Shown here: positions 53,351-64,000 of the stretch, piece after piece
Layout: each line of letters opens with the position of its first letter
Numbering within the stretch: the stretch's first letter is position 1
From: Octopus vulgaris
Taxonomy: Eukaryota
Direction: 5' to 3'
NCBI GenBank assembly: GCA_951406725.2
Contig: OX597835.1
Span: 19,592,001 to 19,656,000 of the forward strand
Length of the DNA: 64,000 bases
Program-made: the position numbers and the translations under genes
Notes under the pieces: generated by a model
What the model saw: the letters and a program-made list of their open reading frames with translations, nothing else
Databases searched by the model: none
Told to the model about the DNA's origin: nothing

Positions 53351-55469
53351 TGAAGGAGATAATTACACTTTTTGGTGGAACACGCTTTACTTGGGTACAC
53401 ATTTTGGGAACGATAAATTCATAGCATATGTATTATGAAGTTATAAACATTTGCACTAATGTGGTGAAAAAATATGTAGAGTTTGTTCTGCGTTCGGATA
53501 GATAGACTGACAGGCAGGTAGGTAGGTACATAGATAGATTACATTCCTGTTAATGGAAGTTCAACACAGAAAATGCTCCATCTGGGGAGAGATGAATATA
53601 GTTTAAACTAAACTCTGTATACTTATGAGCTACTAATAGTTTCACACGTTTAAAATATTGTCTATTCCGCTTTTAATAACAAGATGATTGGCGACACTGG
53701 GTGTATTATTAAAACTTCCCTAAATATATTCTCCAAAGTCTGAATCTATTAGCAACTCACAACCATATATTGTTTATATTAAACAATATATATGTTTGTT
53801 TCTGTGTGTATGTGTGTGTGTGTGTGTGTGTGTGTAAGTGTGTTTGTGTGTGCGCGTGTAAGTATCTATATCTGTATCTGTGTATTAACATCAAAAGGAG
53901 GAAGCGATTATTCCCGGACGACGAGGGAAATAAATGGTTTATTTGATAAAAAAATACGATAACACTGAAACACCATATCATTTGTGATTTGTATTTTAAC
54001 CCAGCTAAGCTATTAAGAATGACGTATGACGCTTTTTTTCTCATTTCCTCAAACATGTATTTCCAAAGATAACGTACGACCATTTTTCAGAAACGTGTTA
54101 CGACGCCATGTTTTCGCCCGTTGTCATTTAAAGCATATGGACTCAAACATTCCGTAATGCGGAACACACAATGATGAGCACTACATAATTTCTGTTGCCC
54201 AGGCTTCTTGAAAGACATTATTATTTACACTCAGGCAACCACCGTTTGTAACAATTGTGTGTATTCGATTATGTGCCGTTTCAAGTGTTCGACATAGATG
54301 TATTAAGCATGGTAGGCTGAAGACATCCTTCTTATTTCAAGCACATCAATAGAAATATTATCACAGAGATGTAATGCTTTCAATTGCGTGAAATAACTCT
54401 TATTTTCGTTCGTTTCACAGATAATCCGGTGCAGGAACTAAAATGTGGTTAAATTTTCTTTTCGATGTAAAATAAAAACGTAAACTAATAAAACAAATCG
54501 TATGTTATAAAATAGACATAACGCGAGATAACGTAAAAAAATGGAGATATAATAAAGAATACAAAAATTGTTTAGAATTAGAAAATGTTACATTTTAAGA
54601 TTATTCACAGCTGATATTGAGAAAAAAAATTGTGCTGTTGCTAATTAAATAATAAGAAAATAACGGCAAACAAATAACGAAAAACAGTACCAAGAAAATT
54701 CTTGAGATCAGGAAAAGGAAACTTCAACAAGATAACGAACAAACGCACATTTGTATGGGGACACACAATACAGAAGCGCTTACACGAACATGAAGAGTGA
54801 GATGCACACACCAGAAATTCCTAAAGATAGAAATGTTCAAAGAATCACGCAAAAAGGCAAAAAGTAGAAATGGAAAACCAAAAGAAAATCATGGAATAAT
54901 TAATTCCGAATGTATAAAAACAAATTCGAAAAAATCGAATTAAAATGAGGCTACATGTGTTATGTTGAAGCTATAAGATGGGAGGTGGATGAGTGTAAGG
55001 GCGTGGGAAAATATAATAACCAGTACAGGGAGTAGAAATTAGGAAAACCCTGAAAATATATAAAACTATATTGCTTCAACATTCCCTTTTTTTGTTCCAT
55101 ATCATTTCTTAGATTTAAACATTCATCATTTGTTTGTTAATTTACCATTATTTTAATAAGAATTCTACTCGAAATTTCAGAAAAAGTCACTCTTTATGAT
55201 AATCCTGATTCCCAGTTAATTTTGCTTAATCCACGTAATTCATTCTAACTTATATCACGCACAGGCATTGAAACATGGTCCCTTAGAGTGCCATATGCAT
55301 TTGCTCAGTAATAAGAAAATACAAGGCTTATAACAATAGTCGTAATTTTATAAAATACCACGACAAATAATATCTATTATAATGAACATAATAATTATAT
55401 CATTAATAATCATTATTTTCTGCTAAAAGCATAAGGACTGATATTGGTTACTGTTTTCATTATGGAATG

Positions 55470-56055
55470 GGGATTAGTCGATTACCTTGATCCCAGTGTT
55501 TCACTGGTACTTTTATCGACAACGAAAGGATGAAAGGCAAATTCAACCTCGGCAGACCTTGAACTCAGAACCTTAAGACGGACGAAATATCGCTAAGCAT
55601 TTTGCCTCGGGTGATAACGATTCTGCCAACTCGCCCCTTTAATTCAGTTTGCAATATTACTATCACGTTCTGAGTTCAAATTCCGCCGCGGTCGACTTTG
55701 CCATTCATCCTTTCGGGGTCACTAAATTAAGTACCAGTGAAACACTGAGGGCGATGTAATCGACTATCCCCCTCCCCACAAAATGTCAGGCCTTGTGTCT
55801 TCAGTAGAAAGGATTATAATAATTTTATGTTGTTTGAGAGCGAATCGGACAAGTAGTTAAGATGTTGCACTGACGATCGCAAGATCGTGGTTTCAGTTCC
55901 TAGCCCGGGTGGTGCATTGTGTTCAAGAAAACGCTCCATCTACGTTGCTCTGCGATCCCTTCGACATTGGTGGAATTTGAACTCAGAACGTGACAACGGA
56001 CGAAACGCCACTAAGCATTTTGCCCAGCGTGCTAACTATTCTGCCAGCTTGCCCT
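55470..56055. mobile_element. Cluster of SINE family A-related copies: 55470-55640 (-), 55665-55815 (+), 55970-56055 (-), plus an old tRNA-SINE head near 55838-55930
   Basis: Shared gtcgactttgcc(a/t)ttcatcctttcggggtc and gaactcagaac..ctaagcattttgcc..ttctgccagct segments. Confidence 0.75.
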
Positions 56056-57254
56056 CTTTAACTATATTATCAATAATAATCATAAAACTATTGTAAAGCT
56101 ACAATAATATTAAAAGCATAACACGAAAACGAGAAAATTAAAGATTATGAAAAGAAAATATTTTTACCCTTTTAAAGAGGATGCTAGACAACAGGAAAGG
56201 AATTTCCTTGGACATGAACGCTTGAGATTGGATCGGTTACTGGAAAATGAATCATCCTTATAAATAATATAGATTGTGAGCACGTGAATTTAACCGATGG
56301 GATTTTCTGTCCTACAAGAACAGCTGAAGAGAATAATAGTTTCTGTCCTGTAGGAGGAACTGTCTCCAGAACGTTAATATAGAACTTACTATATTGTATG
56401 AACCGACACATTACTTCATAGACGTGGTTAGCTATGTAGATGAGAGGCAATTATTAGAAGTCCTGAAAGTTATCTTGTGAGGGTTGCGTCCGCGTTAGAG
56501 GAGTTGAAAGTCAGTACTGTTAGCTGAAGCATAATGTTAATTTATTTAAATGAGGAGTTGATTTTGAATCGATAATTATTCGTTATTAATAGTGCTAATA
56601 TACACATGTACACACACAGGGGCACACAGAAACACACTCACATATATATATAAATATGTGTGTATATGTCAGTGTGTTTGTGTGCGGGCGCATATATGTG
56701 CATCTCTCTCTGTCTCTCTGAAAGTAAGGATATTGTCTATATATGTATGCTTATACCTGCTTGTCTTCTGACGCATCCATATTTCTTTCTACTTTCTTTT
56801 TACAACGAACTATATCACACAACAATTCTAGTTCCCGATGAAGGCTTCAGGTAAAACAAAGTATACTGGAGTCAGTATTGTGGATTAATCTTGTTGAAAT
56901 TCAGACAGTGATATTTTAGTTGTTTATTGTCAGTGACCCATTCGTATGAACTTGTCACGCTCGGGGATAAATATGTGATATTTGTATACGTGTATAGCTT
57001 GCTTGAATGATTTTAAGTGCTAATCTGGATATGAAAACATATGTATATCATAGAGGAAAGAATGATTTGTTAAACAAAATAAATATTTCCAAGGCAACTT
57101 TCACTTTTATCATTCAATAATGTTTACGACAAACTGATGTAATTTTATGTGGTTAACACCTTGAAGTTCAGAGTATATTCTAGTTATATTGCTTTAGCAT
57201 TGAGACGGATTACGTATCAGTAATTCTGATAAATATGTGATTTCCAAGTTGTCA

Positions 57255-57625
57255 ATCAGATCGACACCAATGTTCAACTGGTACCAACTCCGAAAAGATA
57301 AAAGGCAAAGTCGACTTCGGCGGAATTTGAACTCAGAACCTGAAGGCGAGTGAAATGTCAATAAAGGCTTTGTCCGGCATGCTAACACCATATTTCTGAT
57401 TAATATCGTTTCGAATTTTGGCACTAAGGCAACAGTTTCAGAGAAAGGAATATTTCGATGATATCGACCCAAGTAAATCAATGGATATTTATTTATTTTA
57501 TCGAGTCTGAAAGGATGAAAGTCAAAATCGACCTCGGCAGAATTTGAACTCAGAACGTAAAAATGGTCGACTTACTGCTAAACATTTTGCCCGGCGTGCT
57601 AATGATTTCACCAGCTCGCCGCCTT
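57255..57625 (-). mobile_element. Two adjacent SINE family A-related copies
   Basis: aaggcaaagtcgacttcggcggaatttgaactcagaac occurs twice; the second ends ccagctcgccgcc. Confidence 0.75.
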
Positions 57626-59054
57626 AATTTCTGATAAATAGGAATCAGGCAATTCTATTGTCATATAATAAACGAACAGGGGACTTCTGGATTATAGGCT
57701 CACATGTCCGGTTACCGGAATACTGTGGCGTGTATCTTTCCCATTTGATGAGGGACAGGCATCACAAGATCACACGTGAACCAGAGCACATGAAATTTGT
57801 TTTTTTCTTTTTGTTCAAGAACACAACATTGCCCTATCTCGGAATCGGAAGTACGATCTTACGCTATTCGCTGAACCATGTGCCTCCACCTACAATAATA
57901 TACCTTCGATATATTGCTGTTCACCATACACAGTGTGTGTATGCGAATATGCATGACATTATTGGCTTCACTCAAACTTGTTCGAAATCTTACAGAGAAA
58001 ACGGACTGGAAAACACTGACAGTGCTGTTGATGGGGATGCGATTATATGATGAGCATGTTTAATGGAAGTGCCTGAGTGGAGGTGATACGAAATAATATA
58101 GAAGCAAATATCTGATTAATTACAGTTGAAGTAGAAAATGCCGCGAAGAGCATGCACCCGGTACAATTGCTTGAATGTGTTGGAGTCTATCATAGTAGGT
58201 ATCCTAGTAGACGTTTCGTGTTGAAACATGAATGAACAGTATAAGCAGTTCTCCTTGTCATTGCAACACAATGTCCGATTCGTAAGCTTCTATCGATTAC
58301 AGAAAAGGGATTTTCTAGCGAAAAAATGATGTGCTACGCGGAGGGCATTTATGTAGGAGCAGGCTAAAACAGATAATGAAAAATAGCCGAGCTCAGCCTA
58401 TGCTGGATACCTTGAAACCATGTGAGCCGTCACCAGAAACAGAGGGCAACCAAGAAATTTCATGTAAGAGGATTGCAACTGCTTTCGTTTATAATGGAAA
58501 TCATTTAAGATAAATCGTTCGTAGAAGCATACAGCTATGTGTATGAAAATAATCTAGACAACATCAGGGATTAGTGACGATAGAGTGATGAATATTCACC
58601 AACGGATTTTATTTCAGATTATGCATCTGCCAAAACAGAGATAGCCGCAAGCAAAAAAAAATAAAGAAAAAAAAAATCCTTTATACATGCAGGACATTAA
58701 GGTATTCGGAAAAGGCCCACCTGTTATATAAGTAGAGAATATGTATCGTTAAATTTCATTTTGCGAACAATAGATGCAGTGCAAACAATAGAAAAAATTT
58801 TCTCGAATAACCAGGAGAATTTTCGGGAGTGGAAGATTTCTTCTCTTATTTACGTGGATTAAACAGTAGTCGAGGGGGATTTTCTAACTGCATAGTAGAA
58901 AAAGAAGGGATGAAAGATATTCTTTATGACACCTCTGTACGTACAGCTATGCTTATAGATTATGGATTTATAATCGGTTAATGGAGAAGACACGCGAAGT
59001 AAAGAAATAGAAATTAACATGCTCCAAAAGGCATTTATCGTTCCTCCAAAGATA

Positions 59055-59200
59055 TTTGTTTCAAATTTTGGAACAAGGCTAGCCATCACCGGGGAGGGGC
59101 TATGTCATTTACCAGTATTGCAGTGCTCAACTGGTCCTTAATTTGTGGACCCTGAAAGAATGAAAATCAAAGTCGACCTCGGTGGAATTTGAACTCACAA
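59055..59200 (-). mobile_element. SINE family A-related fragment
   Basis: tttcaaattttggaacaaggc tail and aagtcgacctcggtggaatttgaactc. Confidence 0.65.
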
Positions 59201-59299
59201 AGTAATATCCACATCTGGTGATCCTTTATAGAAAAACCTGGCAAAGAATGGGGCTTAGTTAGGACCTGATTAATTGTACTAAATCAAAAGACTTGAATA

Positions 59300-59760
59300 A
59301 GCTAAACCACCAGTACTTGTTCTTATGGCAACCTATAATGTGCTGCAATGACTTCATGGCAGTTATGGTGCATGGATACCTATCATACGTTCAAGGTTAC
59401 CCAATTTCGTCTCTTCTCTGTATACTGACAGCTGAGCCTGTACTACGGAGACTAAAGCCAATGGACGTACCTAGGACGCGTAATAACTATGCTGGCTAAG
59501 TACACGACGTCGCTGTCATAGACTAGAACAAAAAGCTATCGACACGATCTGCTCCATGCTAATGAACTGTGTGTTATTGAGAGCTGTAAAATTCGACCAA
59601 GAAATAAGAGGTCTGCAGAAGCAGTTTCGTGCTGACCAATAGCGTTTCTTTAACAAAATTGCAATGTCGGAAGTCGCGTTACGTTAACAAAGTTGACAAA
59701 TCTTGTAGAAATAGCCAAAGCTGCTTTTCTCCTAGAATGTCGTCACGCCATCACCGTTCT
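59300..59760 (+). mobile_element. L1/Tx1-like reverse transcriptase relic
   Basis: SYVQGYPISSLLCILTAEPVLRRLK..NYAG resembles 'V.QGCPLSPLLY.LA.EPL.R.L...YADD'. Confidence 0.55.
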
Positions 59761-60244
59761 CAGCTAGACGGACAATGCAGTCGGTGGATGATCTGACAAA
59801 GTGTCCGGTTGTGAATTAGTGACAGACAGGAAAGTCAGCACCTTTCTAACGTTGCAAGTGAAATGGAAATTGAAGGCCGATATGACGTTTGTGCACTCTA
59901 GTAAACTTGTTAAATGTTGGGTGAATGTAACTCAGATGACTCACCTGGGTCGGTTTATTCTCAGCTGGTACCTGGAGGATCGAAGAAACGGTTGGAGGAA
60001 AGGACCTTCCTGCTAGTGAACTTTGTAGGGTGTGTGACCCAAGGTCTTTCACGTTTCTTTGTTACTGCCCGGTGGTACAAGCATTGGATAAATTTGTCTT
60101 ACGAATAATTTCCTTGTTATTTCATACTTTTTGTTAAACATTGTTTAGTCAAACACCCAGACTACTGTAAATTTATATAATCGTAAATCTGTTTGCAAAC
60201 CTTCTGTCCAATACAGAAAGTATTATCAAAATCACCATCACCAT

Positions 60245-60262
60245 CACTATTATTATTATTGC

Positions 60263-60310
<48 letters not shown>

Positions 60311-60341
60311 CATTATTATTGAGTGAGAGAGCAGTTCATGC

Positions 60342-60374
<33 letters not shown>

Positions 60375-60404
60375 CATCATCATTATTATTATTATTATTA
60401 TTAA

Positions 60405-60435
<31 letters not shown>

Positions 60436-60447
60436 GTTATCATCATC

Positions 60448-60498
<51 letters not shown>

Positions 60499-60508
60499 GT
60501 TATTATCG

Positions 60509-60581
<73 letters not shown>

Positions 60582-60590
60582 TATTATGTT
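60245..60590. repeat. Long imperfect (TTA)n microsatellite
   Basis: Directly visible; explains the poly-I/poly-L ORFs. Confidence 0.95.
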
Positions 60591-60952
60591 CTTGCTGTTA
60601 GTATCAGTCTGGGGCTGGTGAGCGAACAATACACCAAAGTATTATGTTTTGATACAATACGAAATGTTAAAAAATTACCAATAACAACATCCCCACACAG
60701 CACATCACTCTTTCATAATCATACTTAGAAGACAAAAAAAAAAAATTTCAAAATGGAATTATGTGACAAAATGACACTAAAATATTCTGCAGCTGCCTTT
60801 TTTTTTTCTTGTTAATTGAATTTTTTTTTTCACTTACCCAACTTCTAACAGTCTACTGTACATTTGTATATACATTCTTTTAAATTAATAATATAGTAGA
60901 CACTAGACTGTCTCCTCTGGTGAAATGAACCATTTATCTGGCCGAGTGTATG

Positions 60953-61019
<67 letters not shown>

Positions 61020-61326
61020 GCATGTATGTATATGCATGTATATCTATCTATCTATATCTATATATGTATATAGATATAGATATACATGCATATACATACA
61101 TGCATATGTATATATATATATATATATATATACATACATACATACATAAATGCACACACACACACACGTATATGGAGAGAGACAAAGGAAGAAAGAAGGA
61201 AAGGATGAGGTAGAGAGTCATATATATGTGTGTGTATATTTTATATATGTTGCCCAAGCGGCTTTATTTAACTATCTCAGTATCTCTCCCTTTTCTCTCT
61301 CTCTCTTTCTACCACTCACTCTCTCA

Positions 61327-61387
<61 letters not shown>

Positions 61388-62277
61388 CACAATTTGGTTT
61401 CATTATGATTCTGTTTATTTTATATCTGTTTTCTTTCTTAAGCGGGTGACAAGAGTGTTATATTTTTCTCTCTAGATAACGCCGAAAATTGTATTTATTT
61501 GTGTTTTCCATTCGAAATTTACAATTTGTCATACTCGTAAAATATATATTTATATATAAGTTTGGTTCCTTCATATCATGATTGCAATGCCATTTATCTT
61601 GGTGCTACATTGTATTGTAAAACAGTCTTAAGTTTTTGTCCGCTTGTCAAAACTATATTACCAAGCCGTCAAATAAAAACAAAATGTATTAAATACTCCA
61701 TTTTCTATATCTAACCTATACCAAAACTACAAAATCAATTAGAAATATAAAAACCAATATATAATTACATGTATCACACGGACTCAGACTTACTTGATAT
61801 ATAGAAAAAAAATTGTTTTCTACTAATGTGTGTTTATGCCTATGAAGTAAAGTATGTATATAGTTATGCCTATAGATGCGGATATAAGTTGTTGTGTTTT
61901 TCTGTCTTTATAATATATACATGTGTATATTTGTGAGTGCGTATATATACATGTTCATACACATATATGTATATATATTTGTCGCTGTGTGCTTGTGTTT
62001 CTGCCTATGTGTTTTGTGTTCGTGTGCGTGTTTATTTATATGATACTGTTTTCTGTTAATTTTTATATAGTAACTACTATGGTTCTTGCAAAGTTTGCTT
62101 CCAATTTAATCGGACGACAGACGTGACAAATAATACGGGAATTATTACTGGAATATAATAATATATAATGTATAATAATACTGGAATAGTACGGGAATTA
62201 TTCCAGGCTTTTATGAAAATTTGAATGTTGCTGATTGGAGGAAATGACACAATGGATTCATCTAAGATCAGGCTAAT

Positions 62278-62490
62278 ATCGGTTTCAAATTTTGGCACAA
62301 GGTCAACAATTTTGGAGAGGGTGTAAAACGATAACATCGATCCCCATGATCAACTGGTATTTAAGTTTATCGACACCAAAATAATGAATATCGATCTCGG
62401 TGGAATTTAACAACAGAATGTAACGACTGATGAAATACCGCTAATAACTTTGCCCGGGGTGTTAAAGATTCCACCTGCTCACCGCCGTAA
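62278..62490 (-). mobile_element. Old SINE family A-related copy
   Basis: atcggtttcaaattttggcacaagg tail, tcgatctcggtggaattt and gaaataccgctaa..ctcaccgcc head. Confidence 0.7.
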
Positions 62491-63718
62491 TCAGATATTT
62501 TGTTGTGAGGATCATAGCAGCTGCATAGTTATAAATTAAATTGTGGGATTGTTTAAGGGATTAGAATTGTAAATCGAAGTAGAAAATACAAGCCATCTAT
62601 GTATGTGATTATATATCTCGTAAGCTACTTTCTAAAGGTAGGAAAATGAAATTTCATTGTTGCTGTTTAACTAATAATTATTGATATTTTGATTATTCCC
62701 GTTGTGAATGAAAATTGAAAGCTCAGTCTCAGGAATATCAACGAGAGAATATTTTAGATTAGACGTCAAATTTGTCACTTACATTGTTTGAAAAGAAGAG
62801 GTAGAGAAAGCCAATGTTCTAGAATAAAAGTTGCATATTCCGTTCGATACACCTGTATTATGATCTTCTTCTGTTTAGAATATGTCATCTTCAGTGGCGA
62901 CATAATATCCTCTGAACAAACAGCTAGACAATTCAAAGTTCAAGATGTTTACTTAACCAGACATAATTTGCAACAGTGTAACGAATTTTATCCATATTCT
63001 GCATCAAAACATGTGCTCCACTTTAGATTTCAGTCTGTATTAGTGTCTGACAAATACTTCAGTAAACAGAATAGTCTAGTGTGTTTGCTCGATTTCTAAA
63101 AGTTTGAAGGAAACCTTATGTTTTAACTAAAATTTCTTAAATCCGGATAACATTAATACCTACCAAGTATTATATTGCTGCTTGGAATTTGGATGGATGG
63201 CTGTGAATTCAAGCATGGCGTGAAAGGGGAATGGGAAAGGGCCATTGTTTCTGCATGTACGGGTCTTCTTAGTTTAGTTAATAAAATATTATTTTTTCTC
63301 ATTACTAATGTAGAAGTGATTCAGTTTAAACTGGTTACCGTTGAATAATCTGTGTGTGGGTGTTTGATGAATAAAGGCTCACAAAGGTTAAGCATTTTCA
63401 ACAGTTATTGATAGAACATTTAAAACAAAATAATGCCTGAGATATAAATGCTGTTAATTCATTTATAAATAAACTTGAATGAAATTAGGTTTGTACTTGT
63501 ATACGAGAAAGTAGCCACTATATGTGTATATGTGTCTGTATATATGTATGTATGTGTCTGTCTGCGTCCCCGTTTGTTTGTCTCTCTGTCTCTGTTTATA
63601 TATGTATATATATAGAAATTCGGGGTGAGTACTTGATAATTATAAGCACCTGTGTATTTTGTTTGGTGGTGTAGGTGGTGGAGTAAATTGATAAAAAAAA
63701 CATGATGCCAAGGATTCA

Positions 63719-63796
63719 GCGGTACATATGTTTCGGGCCTTTATTAGACAGATTTATAACAATGCATAATGTATGTCTGTGGCCTTCTTCAGCCGC
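63719..63796 (-). ncRNA. Type I hammerhead ribozyme motif with intact core and extended stem II
   Basis: Minus strand GCGG-CTGAAGA-A-GGCC..AGACA..TGTCT..GGCC-C-GAAA-CATATG-T-A-CCGC: stem I GCGG/CCGC, core CUGAAGA and GAAA, palindromic stem III ACATATGT, cleavage site GUA. Confidence 0.8.
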
Positions 63797-63843
63797 GCAC
63801 AACAGCTTCCACAAGGACATGTGTTACATCAAAAATTCTTGGT

Positions 63844-64000
63844 TGGGGATGCAAATCCTCTCTTTCGCGTACGACATAATGCGGCAACAGCATAGAATTG
63901 AAGCGTCCATCTCTTTCTTCTCTCAATGTAGAGATGGACGCTTCAATTCTATGCTGTTGCCGCATTATGTCGTACGCGAAAGAGAGGATTTGCATCCCCA
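63844..64000. repeat. Perfect palindrome, 71 bp arms within the window (63844-63914 / 63930-64000), 15 bp spacer, cut by the window end
   Basis: tggggatgcaaatcctctctttcgcgtacgacataatgcggcaacagcatagaattgaagcgtccatctct mirrored exactly. Confidence 0.95.

Noticed and set aside
62788-63099. 103 aa non-repetitive ORF (also 20835-21293, 57658-58050) as host exons
   Set aside because: No recognisable motif or convincing splice context by eye; small host exons cannot be excluded without transcript alignment.

Overview
AT-rich, gene-poor animal DNA, dominated by (TA)n/(CA)n/(TTA)n/(GATA)n microsatellites and transposable-element debris. The SINE families and repeat landscape look like octopus/coleoid cephalopod intergenic or intronic sequence (inference). 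No intact host gene, rRNA, true tRNA or CRISPR array can be supported, and almost all listed ORFs are microsatellite translations. Recognisable elements: two decayed Penelope-like elements (RT/GIY-YIG), an RTE LINE 3' end, an R4/Dong-like restriction-endonuclease LINE 3' end, an L1/Tx1-like RT scrap, Tc1/mariner and pogo-like transposase relics, a piggyBac-type TTAA MITE, a small Helitron and more than 20 tRNA-derived SINE copies in three main modular families. The most notable signal is a set of short non-coding elements sitting in (TA)n or (TTA)n tracts. Each carries a minimal type I hammerhead ribozyme fold (stem I - CUGANGA - stem II - GAAA - palindromic stem III - UH - stem I) at 9901, 12386, 38022, 38915/38988 and 63719, with relics elsewhere. 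They come from at least four sequence families. They include a natural G3-C8 swapped core, divergent ribozyme pairs in near-perfect palindromes, and what appears to be a tRNA-headed, (TAA)n-linked hammerhead SINE. All folds were read by eye; activity is untested.
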